Shown here one piece after another: positions 1 through 17,496 of a stretch of DNA of 64,000 nucleotides (positions are counted from its first letter, which is position 1; each line of letters begins with the position of its first letter). The DNA is from Zygnema circumcarinatum SAG 698-1b (lineage: Eukaryota; Plantae; Zygnematophyceae), in assembly GCA_037447605.1 (NCBI GenBank), contig CM074804.1, positions 3,635,909 through 3,699,908 on the forward strand, in the 5' to 3' direction. Both the position numbers and the translations under genes were made by a program. The notes under the pieces are model-generated. The model saw nothing but the letters and a program-made list of their open reading frames with translations, had not been told where the DNA came from and did no database searches.

Positions 1-32
1 GGGAGAGGGTTGTGAATTCGTAGCAAGCAGCC

Positions 33-4527
<4,495 letters not shown>

Positions 4528-6193
4528 AGGAAAAAGCTGTAGGGCAGCCGAAGTGATGCCCATCCATGTGTTTTTTACTTAGTCGTGTGTTCCTCTGTCT
4601 GGAGGATTTGTGTTTTAAAATTGATAGGAGATTAAAAACGGAGCTAGTGAGGTTGGAGGAAAGTTGGGGTACAGCTGAGACAGAATGTAGGGCAAGTACA
4701 TAACCGCATGCTGCACTGCTGATTGGACTAATTAACAGTCTCTCTTGTCAAAGTTACCTCAAGATTGTATGCGTATGACTGCTGGCATGGCCTTATATTG
4801 GTTAACCAAAGAGGATGATTTGCTCGCGGAGATAAAAATGCAGGAGTTTGTCATGAATTATTCACATCTGCGATGTCTTTACTCTCAACTTTTCCCGCAG
4901 AATCTTAGTTAAACTTCTTTCTCCCACAACCTTCGTAACAGCGTCTCTCAATTTTTTTCATTTGAGCAAATTGCTCCTTGCCAATAAGTTTGTGTCGTCG
5001 ATTTGAAAGTTGCCAAAGTGTGATAGTTCTAATATTTGAAATAGCATATGGTCGTAGACAACAGTTTCTGACGAAAGGCAAATTGATGCATGCGTGTCTG
5101 GAATGTGCCTGCGACAAGCAAAGCGGGCTTCTTGAAACTGGATTATATGAAAATGTTTTTGATAAAAGCGACATGATCATTCTGCAGTATGACATGTTCC
5201 ACTCGGAAATTCTGTCGTATGATTTGGCTTCTTAACAGCGTAATCTTGTGAACATAGAGGACAATTATATTCCAATTTCTCATCGGAAATGAATTGTCCG
5301 ACTTACCACAGTATTTTTTATTCCTGCTGACTTGATAAATTTGGGCATGATCGACTGCATCTGTCATGTGTTGCGAATGCCATCGCGTCTTGTTCGTTGG
5401 AAACACGGAGCGGGGATACGGAGTTTCACATGACATTTTCAACATCGGAAAAGAAAGGAACGATGCAGGCACCCGCCAATGTAGCGGGCACACTGAAAAG
5501 CTGCGATATGTCTGATAAGGCAACCCTTTTCAGCCACTTGTGACAAGGAACACACTTCGACGTTGTGCCAACTGGATAGAACAGGTGGACCAAATTCTTC
5601 TGATACATATGAAATTGCTTTTTGTGCCGAGAAAGGGAGCAGACAATGTCTGTGCTCGGGACTCAGTTCCGACTGTAAGGAATTTTTAGCTCCGTGCGAA
5701 GGTTAAAGTAGCAGCTAAGCTATGAAAATTTGTCATGATCGACTAAGTCTTTGTTGAACCTGGCATATTCAACGTACAAGAGTGGATCACGTTGTTCACC
5801 AATCATCTTAGACTCTACGCTTGCAAACATTGGGCAAAAAACCGATGAGGGTAGGCTGCAATACATGATTCAATCACAGCTCCCCACGTCGGACAAAACA
5901 CTTATGTGGCAGACCTGCATTAGCCTATGCCATCGAAGGTTGCTCTCAACAGAAACCCACCCATCGAGGCTGACTCTCCCCACATCATGAGAGGGGAAAC
6001 AGAATGCAATATGAACTGGACCGTGCATCCGAAAAACTATGTGGGACCAAACCTTAAGGGCCAGTGAATCAACTACAAGGCTTGTGGCTGCTTTACAGAC
6101 GAGGGAAAACAAGGAACTTATTTGCGACCCGTACTAGCCATGTATCCACGACTTCAAGGATTTCGCTCACATGCCAATGTCAGCCACTGCTCG

Positions 6194-9100
6194 TCAGTTC
6201 TCGGTATTATCAACCGCGGCTAAAACTTCCTTCTCCATTTCCAAAATGACTGTGCAAAAGGCATTTGCATCTTTGACCTCATTGGCGAACATGAAACGAA
6301 ACTCCCGCCATTGAGGAGTGCTTTTGTCCTTTTCTGTAGAGACTACACTCTGATTCAAGGGCTGCGCCAACACATGGAAGCCCCACTTGTCGAGGGAAAA
6401 GAGGTAGGCCTCCTGAAAACCCAACAAATCTCACCACATGATTTGCCGTTCTAACAAGACGGGGAAATGTCAACAAACAGAAAAACTGATTTGCACTTGA
6501 AGAAGCCACCGTACAGTTCTCAAGAACTACAATGAGCCAAAACGTAGCTGGAGAAACTCAACCACCCATAAGCATAGTGCTCTTGAGAGGGGAGCTGCGG
6601 CTGCGGAAAGAAATACCTGAACTTCCACTTGAAGATATGCTGCGCAGAAAAGTACCAACGCTCTTCTCTTGGCATCATTGCGATTCACTCCTTCTACCAA
6701 AGCTGCATGCAAGCCAGCTGTTTCATGCCCCAGCCTTCTCCTCAGCAAGCAGAAAGGAGAGAAGTACTGAACGTGCAATAAGTATGCGTTCATACACAAG
6801 CATGTGGTCACTTGTTTCAAGCGAGGAATGAACAAACTTAATCGCTGACATGGAAATGCAGCCTGTCGCCTGCCATAAAGTTTCGACAATATCCAAAACC
6901 GGACGATGTTCATGAACTGTCCCATGTCGTCTTTGGGGTGAACAGCAAAGAGACACGTCAATGATTCTGGCAAAGCAAGTACAAAGTGAGCTAAATCCTT
7001 CGAGCTTAGCCAGTTCTTGGTTGGGAAAAAGAGTCCTAGAGATCCTGATGGAATTTTCTTACCAAGAGGATCAGTGGCAGCACCCACGATGTCTGCGACA
7101 GGAAGTGACTGTCGCCCGTCATAGAGATCCACAAAGTGGCAAGACCTGCGGTGGCCATTGTTTCAGCGGCCACGAAAGACTAAATTCAACTTCCACCTAC
7201 AGATATGTCTTTTCAATCCACAGCAAACTTCTGACTGTTGATAGCTAGACACTCGACCAATGCAATGTCGTATTCCCCTCCTCGGGCAGGACATCATTAA
7301 AAGGTGCAAAACCCACCTGGCGTAGAGCCGATAGGGTGACATTTTGTTGTCCGGCAAACTGAGGTGGACTAACGCTTCCAGACGGTCTTTCCGAAAGCTT
7401 CCAGAACTACCCAAAATCGCTTCAAGTGCAGGCTCGGCTTTGTCAAGACTGGTTTGCAGAGTCGCTGCTTGCTTCTCCACTCGTCCTCTCAAATAGTCCA
7501 CCTAGCGCAGGATGGCAGAGAACAGGCTTTTTGTGAATTCATATAAACTTCTTACCTCCTAAAGGGATACACAATCACAGAAATATTTTAGTATGGAGAA
7601 AATGCATTAAGTCAAACGTTTATTTTTCTTGTTTCTTTTGTAACTTCACGATGCAGTACATGGCGGGTACGAATGGGCGGCACCTCTGAGCTTTCAATTC
7701 CGACAAAGTCTCCAAGCAGAATGGCCCGAGGGGGCACCTGCACAAAAAACAATAGCTAATAAAAAGTCATACAAGAACAACAGAATATGACGGGCTGAGA
7801 GACATATTTTGCAAATCATCCACGTTAAGCGACCATCGACAAATATTTGCTTGATGACACGTGAATCATCCGTCCTTCAAAGAAGCCTTTGATCAAACTC
7901 CAGCTCGAGTCAGAACTTTGATGACATATGCTGAGTTCAGCTATTCTTACTGTGTGATGAACCATCGGACAACTTACCAGGCCTGCAGCTCTGAACGCAG
8001 CGATAAGAGGAGGAGGATCCACATGACCAACGAGGAGCGACCCCCTATCGTCAAGCAAAAGGTTCTATCTTGCGTCAAACATCAAGACACCAAATGGGCA
8101 TAATGTCAGAAAGAATTCAGAATCAACTCTAAGGTCTCCGTTCTCGCAAGCAGCCAATATATGAATGAGGGATCCAAGGGATCATTCTCACCACCCCCCT
8201 CTGCAGATATGCGTCCCCAAGGGAACGATTCTCACATGTAACAAGCGCGTGAAGGCACTTCCAGATTGTCTTTCGGGAGGGTGGACGGCAAAAGGGACGC
8301 ATGCAAAATGAGTATGTATAAAGGATGGCGCAAGCAAGGAGTGAGCGTTGATTCCTTTCAGCTTAGGTGAGGCTTGTGCTCTTGGAGACTGCTAGTCTCA
8401 CCTTATGAGTGCCCACACAATTCACTTTGATTATTATGCCATTATGGAAAGAGATCGTGCACCCGAGGCAATCAAGCGGAGGCAAGGCTAGGCTAGGGGA
8501 AAGGTTGGTGAACAAGGTTCACTTCATCAGTGCAATGAGGGTCCCTCAACGGACCTCGTCGTTTCACCAACCTCTCCCCTAGCTTAAACTTACCTCCCTC
8601 AGTAACTGAATAAAGACCAAAGAGAAGTCTAAAGGATAACGTGCAATCTTCGAAAGTGGAGGTTTCATGGAAACCCAAAAGGGATTAGCCTTCATTTTTT
8701 GCCTCTAACACGTGGTTGCTTTCCCACTGGCATGCTCTCCCTCCGCAATCCCCTTTACCGAAAGATAATTCCGGAAATGTTTTCACCAGCACCCGTTGCA
8801 CATCGGGAACCCTTCCCATGGGTACACGTAGTACCATAGGATGAGGCGGTGTTACTTGTGGTTTCTGATTTGATGTCCCCTCATTGTAAAAGGTACACAA
8901 GAACTCATGGGACAAACACGCAAAGGTAAACTATGGATCCAATCTGCCTTATTGCAATTGCTTGATTCTAAACCTCAATTACTTGATGCTATGATGACTT
9001 CTCAAGCGCCCAAAAAATACTCATACCTTCAAAGAATTGAATTTCACGGTTAACGCACCTATCCCAATTGATTGAGCATTCCTTTCTCTCAGATTATGCC

Positions 9101-10395
9101 GCCTATAAACATGGCTGATTATTGCCTAATCTCAGCATGTTTCAAGCACATATGCTAAATCGAGATGCAAACTCGACCAGTTCAACAACATGAATCGAAT
9201 TCCATCTAACTTATACCAGAAAATTGAACAGCAAAATGAAATTGCAAAAACAAACTCAACATAATCCTAGAAGGCCCTGGAAAAGAGCGCTGAAGCAACT
9301 ACTGAAAACTCACTCTCCATGCACTCACCACAGAATGGGTATCACCCGAGGGTATCCAGACCACGGGCTTGCCGTCAAACAGGGAATAGTGAACAACGGT
9401 TCCATAAACGCTTTGCGCGTCCCTGCAACATGTCCACAAAAATATGAAGCTTTAAAAAAAAGGAGAAAATTATAAAGTGGCAATTGATTTGCACGAGATT
9501 CAAATAGCACACAGGGTAACAAATAGTCCTTCCTCCTTCCCCTTCCCTTCCCCATTCCTTTCCTCTCCTGTTCCTCCTCCACTTTCCTACTAGACAATCA
9601 TAAGAGAAAATTCATATGAGATAGTTGTGCACAAGAAAGAGCTCGCAGACATACAAACTAGTCAATGCTGGCGATGGATGGGACGCACATCTTGTTGGAG
9701 CCCGCTTTGATGGTGCTCAGCTGCCCTCTCCAGTTGGCAGCCAAAACATTCTGGCACAGAGAGGAGACAAGCTCCGCTACCACTTTGGATCAGTCCGCAC
9801 TTCCAGCACCGCAGACGGGGAAGTTAATTAGTTCCATTCTCTAGAATGAGCAAGGTACTGAGGGTACAACATTCTAATCTTCGTGCCTTTTTTGCGAGAC
9901 AAACATTATCTACACGCTGACATCACCTGCAAAATAAAGCAAAATGAAGAATCATCGGAGAAGGCCTGCATACTTTACAGCGTTGCGCAAGCGGCAAGCT
10001 CGTTGACTCAACTCTCTCCTCTTTCAATGAAGCTTCTTGCTTCAATGCTGTGCTGTCGGATGCATCGCTTGCTTCCCTGCTGGACGAGAAACATCCTGCG
10101 TTTCAAAACAAGGTGATCAGTCTTTCGGGTTAATCACAGACCAATAATGGTCACAATTGACCGGCATTTCGATGCTCCAATGGTCCTATTTCAATCCACA
10201 CATTAGCATTCTATTAAAAAATTGACTGCATGTACGCTGTCGGGAGCTTCCAAAACACGGACTTTGTTGTGTTGCGGCTTCGAAGCTATGGCTGCCAGCA
10301 CCACTTGGCCCTGCGAGAAGGCTCCTCCTCGAAGACAGCAGCGCTAGTCTCCAGCTATGGCGCACGGAAGCAGCCCTGCAGGTCGGGGACGCCAT
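6194..10395 (-). CDS. Organelle-targeted plant split-barrel (FMN-binding / pyridoxamine 5'-phosphate oxidase-like) protein, about 10-11 exons
   Basis: Minus-strand exons join in frame: MASPTCRAASVRHSWRL...RQR (10395-10236), CFSSS...LPLAQRCK, NVLAANWRGQLSTIKAG, SVYGTVVHYSLFDGKPVVWIPSGDTHSV, NLLLDDRGSLLVGHVDPPPL, VPPRAILLGDFVGIESSE, VDYLRGRV..., CHFVDLYDG...AATDPL, AGLHAALVEGVNRNDAKRRALVLFCAAYL, and EAYLFSLDKWGFHVL...QWREFRFMFANEVKDANAFC...stop at 6194. The family call is from memory of a conserved uncharacterised plant protein family. The Arg/Ser-rich N-terminus with RCFSSS looks like a mitochondrial presequence. Confidence 0.72.
8478..8597 (-). repeat. Intronic imperfect inverted repeat (35-bp arms, 50-nt loop)
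   Basis: 8478-8512 GGAGGCAAGGCTAGGCTAGGGGAAAGGTTGGTGAA matches the reverse complement of 8563-8597 (GGAGGTAAGTTTAAGCTAGGGGAGAGGTTGGTGAA) at 30 of 35 positions. Confidence 0.85.
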
Positions 10396-10892
10396 GCCTG
10401 ACCCCCGCAGACAAGCAGCAGGAAAAGCTCCCACGGCTGTCCACCGTGGACGCCATTCTCCATGATTCCGTTCGCTGTTGGCCGCGACCACAACAAAACA
10501 AGAACAGCACATGTCGCCGCGCCAGCGTCCCATGGAACACGCGTGGTTTCTTGTCGGATCATTTTCTCGGAAGATAATTTCTGAAATATGTGCTGACGTG
10601 TCATGCCACCCGCAAAAAGCAAGCCGTTACATGCAAAATATCCCTTGTCCGTTCACCGTAAACCTGCGGCTGTGAACCACGCAACAGCGAAACAGGCGTT
10701 GTTCTCAGTGCATCCACGTTTTGAACTGAATGTTTCAAATTTATTCGATATTTGCGCATGGAACGGCGGAAGGGCCCGCTGAAGGGGGAGGCGGCACTGG
10801 CGCAGCGGCGGTCTGGCTGGGAGGAAGTGAGGGATTCTACAGGCGGCGCGGCAGCCATTGGTGGCGCAGCAGCCTCCAAGCTGGCCTGCCCT
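10396..10892. promoter_or_regulatory. Short divergent (bidirectional) promoter region between the split-barrel gene and the CFM2-like gene
   Basis: Head-to-head start codons at 10395 (-) and 10893 (+). Contains an ABRE-like TGACGTGTCA at 10594-10603 and ACGCGTGG near 10540. Motif function is inferred. Confidence 0.5.
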
Positions 10893-13800
10893 ATGGCAGC
10901 CAGCTTGCTGCGGGGGCCTCCCTCCCGCATCTCCATCCATGGTGGCCTTCTTTCTGACAGCTTTCCAGCTAAATCCGGCCAGTCCACTGCTTCCGCGATT
11001 CTGCCGAAACCTTTACCGAGTTTTTCGCAGCAGCCATGGCTGGTTTTCCGCGGCCTCTCTCACTCCTCGCCATGCATTCCGTCCTTGCGAACTTTACAAA
11101 CCCTAAAAACGCGATGCTCGCAAAACAGTCAGTACCTCTCGGAGTCACAGGAGCCGGTGCAGCACGGAGGAGCAGCAGAGAAAAGAGGTATGAGCCGACG
11201 GACCTCTGCATTTCGTCAGTTCAGGAGGAGGAAGGCGATGGAGGAGCAGTGGGAGTTGGGAACGCTGCAGAGTGCAGAAAAGGGGGTGGATGGTTTGCAA
11301 TCACTAGAGGAAAGGAAAGCAGCGGACTTACCGCCATTTCCGTGGGAAGTTCCTGCTAAGTTGAACGTCGATAATCGGAGAGTGAAGGGTCGAATTTTGC
11401 CAAAGTCAGCTGATGATGTCGCCACTCCATCACGGTTCAGTGAACAAGAGCTGGAAGGGGGAAGGGCTGTTTCTAGGACTCGTAGTATAAGAGAAAGCCA
11501 GTCTAATGTTTTTCAGAGAGAGGAGACGTCGAGGGAGTATGAGGAAACGGAGAATTCAGGGAACTCAAGTGGGTGGAGAGGCTCCTGGCGGTCCACAAGA
11601 GAGCAGCCAGAATTTGATGACGGTAGAGCGCAGAGAAAAGCGTTAAATGGGCGGAAGGATCAAGGAGAGTATTTGACGGACGTTCGTGACTTAGGGCAGA
11701 ACACGGAAGTGAGGTCTGACAGAAGGTTTGGGAGAATTCAAGAGTCACGCAAACAGGATGCCGTTCGTAGGAAGCCATCAGATGCCAGCGACAGGAATGC
11801 ATCGGAGGAATTGAGAGCCGGTGCAACGCTGCCTGTTCCTCCTTGGGAGAAGCAAAATTCTAGTGATTATGCTGATAAATATGGTAGGCTGGACAGTGAT
11901 AGGATATCCAGTTATGGTCCTTCCAGCTCTCCTGCAAGCAATAACCTCACCTATGCTAAAGACGACGACGTTGTTCACGCTTCCTTCCGGGGAGAGTCCA
12001 CTTCCGAACCTAATTCCGCTTTGATCGATGAAACTTTGCAAAGAGTTGGAATTCACAGATCAGATAGAAAGGCTGCACCTGAGCGCTTGCCCTGGGCATC
12101 TGATCAGGGAGAAAGCAATGACAGAGGCTTTCGAGGGTCATGGAGGACTGGGGGAGATGGACCAGCTGCAGCCCAACCGATTGGAGATAAGAATCGGCCC
12201 AAGCCAGAAAAGGGACTTGGTTTAGGAGCAGTTATCGAGGGGCTTAAAGCAACTTCTCAAGAACTAGGAACGAATGTTGCGTCAGCAGTCAATGAATCGG
12301 TTGAGGAAGAAATGGGAGCGAGGTTTCCTTGGGACATTGAGGAGGAAGGCAAAGAAGAGGCCGCTCGAAAAGTGAAGGCCCCTAGCTTAGCAGAGCTCAC
12401 CATTCCTGCAGACGAGCTGAAGAGATTGAGGGCCTTGGCACTAACAGTTAAGAATAGAGTAAAAATTGGGAAGGCTGGAGTAACTGATGGTATCGTAGAG
12501 TATTGTCACAACGCTTGGCGGACGAGCGAGGTTGTGAAAGTGAAGTGTGAAGGGCCTCCGGCTTATAACATGAAGCAAACGGCAGAAGAGTTGGAGGTAC
12601 GCTACTCTAAAGAAACTCTAACTGCATACCATCATATGCGTATAAACATGGAGTTTGCCAGCAAAATCAACAATTCCCCAGTGATAAACTGTCGGATATG
12701 GGCATGGGAACACCGGTACACATTTTGACTACTGTACCAGTTTAAACATACATGCGCAAATATGCAGGGCCGTAATCACTTGAGTACTTTCAGAATACGT
12801 ACACATAGTCGACCTTGAATGCATACACTTACACGCATAGTCATGTATAAGTGCAAGCAAAGCACTGACACAGACCCTCAAAGGAAGTTGATGGTCACTG
12901 AAGAGATCTCATGCCCACGCTTTTTCTACATTTTCCAAAATAATTATGATAGAGATTTTACACACAGCGCAGACGAGTCTTTTATCAGTTGATTGCAGCA
13001 GTTGCTCCAGCATTTTTGAACTTTATACTCTCTCAAGACATTTAGTTTTTAGACATAAAACCGTATTCTCTTGGATATTATTTAAGGTAACAGGACTAGA
13101 GAGAAGCTTGTGGTGGAAACAAGCTCTTGAAGTCTTAAAAATGAAACTACTGCCATAAAAGAGGAGATTCAGCTCTGAGCTGATTATACAGCTGCAACTT
13201 CTGGACCTTAGGAAATCGAACTTGCCATTCTCTGGTGGTGTTATTCGAGAGTTCTCAGAATTGACGTCTTCGTCTGAGATGAGCTTATACGCAGGGAGGC
13301 CCTTGTTTTCCTGTCCACCCTTGAGTAGTGGGCAGTAACCTTTGAAAAAACAGATTTGTCTCATCATTCTGACATTTATGGGTGCAGAAGCTAACTGGAG
13401 GTCTTATAATCTGGCGTAGTGGAGGAGCTGCTGCAATTTATCGGGGGTTGGACTATACTCCTTCTCCTGTGAAGACCGCATCTTCTGCCAAGGACGTAGA
13501 AGTGGAAGAAGATAAGGAAAGTGATCTGGTTGAAGAAGATCCGAGTGCTGATGTGCATGAAGAGCAGCAGAGCCTCTCAAACAGAGGAGTTGGTATACAG
13601 GAGACACAGAATAGTACTGAAGTGGAGGATCCTACCGCGGGGCTTGGCCCTAAGGTGGAGGGCTGGCCTTTCGCTGGGCCGGTTCCTGTGGATGCAGACA
13701 AGCTGCTTGGCCCGAATGTGCAGTATTACCAACCGTACCGACTCTTACCATATGGCGTCCATCCAAACTTGACCAACAATGAAATGACTGCTCTAAGGCG

Positions 13801-16800
13801 TTATTCGAAGAAGCTTCCTCCGCACTTCGTATTGGGTGAGTCAAAGTCGGATGCTGTAAGTTGACAACATTTTGTTTCAGCATCAAGGTTTATGGGATCG
13901 GTTAGGCAATCTTGACAGCCCTTTCTAAAGGTGACTTTTTCTATAACTTCTTTTTGATGGGTGATAGGCACAAACAAGGGGCTGGAGGGCCTTGCCATGG
14001 CCATCCTGCAGTTATGGGACAGATCGGAATTGGCAAAAATAAAGATGAAGCGCGGAGTGCAAAATACATCGAACGAGCGTATGGCTGAAGAGCTCAAGGT
14101 AAGCATTGCCCTATTGTTGATAAAAAAAAATGGATGTCATGGGGGATTCAATCTCTGCATACATTTCCATGCTCTTGCTGCATATTAATGGACCTTTTCA
14201 CCTCATTCCCTTCCCATTCTCGCATTGGGGATGATTCTATGCTTCAAATCATCCCCCGCGGAGAACGATCAGAGATTGACATGAAAGAGTAGGCGATGAT
14301 TGCGCAGTCTAGAATTCCATCAACTGATGTGCTATTTTGGGAGGGGGAAGGGGAGCAGAAGCTGACAGGTGGCGTTCTCCTGTCTCGCGACACTGATCAT
14401 ATTGTTTTGTACCGCGGAAAGGATTTTTTGCCATCACCCATTGCCGCGACCTTGCGGGAGAGGCACGAGAAGGCGCAGATGAATGCAGACGAGGAGGAGA
14501 GAGCTCGCCTCCTCAGCTCCCCGCGCATCATGCTCCCTCCCTCGCCTCAAGGCATGGAGCCGCCTGAGGATGTGAATAACATCGAAGCTGAGGAGATAGG
14601 TGCGTTGCGGCTTTTTCTGTTTCCGTCATTCTAAAGCCACTTGACCTTGAGCCTTTTCAGAACAACAGAGAAGAACTTATACGTACTTTTTCTCTCTCAG
14701 ATCAAACTATACAACGGAAACAATGGAACTGTTCTGCCTGCTCTTCTGCTTACCATTGTGCTTTAGTGGTTTTCAAATTTCTCCACGTAACGTCTGCACT
14801 CATTTGAGTTGCTGTGGAGGGTGCAGTTTCTGTTGCTGGCAGGGTTGAGGAGTCTTTGGAACTTCAGAAAAGGTGGCAGGAGTTCCACACCTCTTCAGAT
14901 TGGAGGACCCGTCAGAAGGAGGCTGCGAAATCTAGGAGGCACGAGCAGGTGAAGATCATCGAGCGGAAGCTGAAGCAGGTGAGAGAATCTTGAGAACCTC
15001 GCAGCCAGGAGTAGCTAGACCAGGCCGCAGGTTGGCAGCAGAAAGGTAAGGACTGTCCAAACAGAGGAGGATAACAGGAGTGAAGCATGTGCGTGAGTGC
15101 AGGTACTCGACCGAAAGGAGAGAGCAGCAAAGGAGGTGGCTAAGCTGGATGAGCTTCTGAAGCCTGCGATGGCGCCGGTGGATCGTGAGAGCATCACGGA
15201 GGAGGAGCGATACATGTTTAAGAAGTTGGGCATGAGAATGAAGGCGTACTTGGAGCTAGGTAATCTCTCTTCTTTGCTTTTTGATATCGCTATGTTGGTG
15301 GAACTGGAGAAGATAAAGGTAAACGTGTGGAATTCGAACATGCCCTAACGCATGCATGCTCTTTGCAGGAAAGAGAGGCGTGTTTGACGGGGTGGTGGAG
15401 AACATGCACCTGCACTGGAAGCACCGAGAATTGGTGAAGATCATCTGCAAGGAAAAATTGCCAGAGAGAGTGCAGAACACAGCGCAGATGTTGGAATATG
15501 AGAGCGGTGGAATCCTCATCTCCGTGGAAAAAATCAAGAAGGATTTTTCAGCGGTTGTTGTTTACCGTGGGAAGAACTATACGCGTCCAGCAACGCTGAG
15601 GCCGAAGACGCTTCTAACAAAGAGGCAGGCTCTGAAGAGAGCAACGGAAGAGCAGCGCCGCGCGGTGCGTGAGAAAGAACAGCAGCACGCCTTTGCTTTG
15701 CTTTCTTATCTTACTCTTCTCATTCATGGGTGCTATTGAAAGATTTCTTTTCCTACTTGTAGACTTTGAAGGTTGTGTATTCCTCTTCTAAGTGCCGTAC
15801 AGCAGCTCTTTTGCTCTTTCACAGTACCCCACCGGGAAGTTGACCCCTTCCTGGTGTGGCTAGACTGCTCGACATGAAGAGTTGGCTCGTGCTGACTTCC
15901 ATGACATGTGGCTTTGAGCAGTCTCTGGAGTTGCATATGAAGGCGTTAGAGAGCCGCATTGGGGAGTTGCGAAGGGACCTGGTACGCTGCGTCCTCCCCT
16001 CTCCCCTTCCCCTCCCCACTCCTCTGCCCTCTCTCCCTCAACCCCGTCCTCACCCTCCCTTTCTATTCCTCCATCCCATGTTTCCTGTTGCACCTTTCTG
16101 CTCTTGATCATTCCCATGCCCCCATTTCTTATTCTCGCACCTTCGTCCTGGACAACCTAAATTTGAACTTGCAGGAGGTGGCGGAAGAATGGGCAGAGGC
16201 GGACCCGCCAGAAAGTGGGAAAGAAAGTGCAGCATTGAAAGAGGTGCTGCCCCCTGCCGCACGTCGGAAGAGAGTGTCACAGGAGGAGCTGGCGGAGCAG
16301 CAGGCAAAGCAGGAGAGAGTTCGCAGACTGCGCGCGGAAGAAGGGGTCATCTACCGTGCTTCCCCCCTCACAAAACTCGAGAGGTTGCAGCTGAGGGATC
16401 AGGCACTGCGGCTGGGCAGAAAGGCCACTTTTCAAATGGGTCAGTTCCCGACAACTTTCTGAATTCTGTGTGCGCGAGAGCACTGTCTGCTTCAAGCCCT
16501 TTCTTGCGCGGTGTTCACCGTTGTTGGGCTGCTGTCCCCCTGCCTCCGCAGGTCGCAAAAACGTCCTCACAGGGCTGGCAAAGCAGATTCGCTTGGCGTT
16601 CCTTTCGAGGCATCTTGTGAAGATCGGAGTAAAGGGACGCGCTGCTGGAACACCTATCGAAGTCATAGTACGGCAGCTAGAGGTGAGGGAGTATTCAACT
16701 AACATTCGATGATTTGCAATCTTGCAATATTGGACGATTTTGGTAAAGTTTTGCAGGCAGTGGCTTCTCTCTTGTAGCATGCGTCAGGGAGGGCTTACAT

Positions 16801-17496
16801 TCGAGAGTGAAATGTCGTTTGGGCGTGCAGGCTGCTACTGGAGGGGTTTTTGTGTCCCAGGAACCGAACAAAATCATTCTCTACCGTGGTTGGCCGCAAC
16901 AATTTGAAACTCCGGAAGAGGCCGAGATTGTGCCCTCTCGGCTGGAAGATGCACTCAGAGAGGAAGACGCTGAGGTGGAGGTTGACTATTCGAAGTTGAT
17001 AGTGGAGCAAGTGAAATCAAGCTCAAGCGATGAGGAGGACTCCGAATCGGAGGGAGAGGAGGGGGAGGAAGAGGAGGGGGAGGAGGACGAGCAAGAGGAG
17101 GGGGAGGAGGTGGAGGACGACTATGATCTTGAAGGGTGGAAGTATGAGGAGGACGAGGAGGGCGATGGCAATGATGTGGTAGAAATCAGATCGAACTTGG
17201 AAGATGGGGGCAGACTTATTGCGGACGCACAGGAAGGAGAGGCATCAGCTCCGGGTGATTTTGAAAAGAATGAAGATAGATTGTCTGTCTCTAGAATGGC
17301 GGAGTCCTGGGAAAGGAGGCGGGGGGGGGCGGGCGGGAAGGAAGAAAGTGGGTATGGGGAGATTCATCGACTGGGAGAGCGCGGTAGATCAGGAGACGGC
17401 GATGGTCACCGGGGTAGTGATGATGATTTATGGAAACAAGAAACAATTCGTCCAAGGAGAGGTACTAAGTACTGGGAGGATTTAGAGAAGCAATAG
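10893..17496 (+). CDS. CFM2: Chloroplast CRM-domain RNA splicing factor with four CRM domains (CFM2-like)
   Basis: CRM1: [33 protein letters not shown]...[23 protein letters not shown]2: LPPHFVLG...[28 protein letters not shown]...[13 protein letters not shown]3: [26 protein letters not shown]...[11 protein letters not shown]4: [11 protein letters not shown]...KGRAAGT...[20 protein letters not shown]. The fourth CRM distinguishes CFM2 from CRS1/CFM3. Likely start is ATG 10893 (MAASLL..., transit-peptide-like), although the ORF is open further upstream. Confidence 0.85.

Noticed and set aside
4600-6190. Short ORFs between the FtsH and split-barrel stop codons
   Set aside because: No coherent splice model or motifs. 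They are consistent with convergent 3' UTRs and spacer.
7562-7570. U12-type donor-like GTATCCCTT on the minus strand
   Set aside because: It deviates from GTATCCTT and lies inside the pyrimidine tract just upstream of an AG. No exon ends there.
8492-8583. Hammerhead ribozyme in the intronic hairpin (the minus strand contains GAAAC and CTGATGA)
   Set aside because: There is no stem I, no GUH cleavage triplet in the required position, and a 14-nt insertion after CUGAUGA, so the core topology does not fit.
10752-10892. In-frame N-terminal extension of the CFM2-like ORF (possible dual targeting)
   Set aside because: The sequence is GC-rich UTR-like and does not look like a targeting peptide. 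ATG 10893 has better context and gives a transit-peptide-like start.
14227-14256. 10-bp perfect hairpin GGGGATGATT/AATCATCCCC in a CFM2 intron
   Set aside because: Too short to distinguish from chance in 64 kb.
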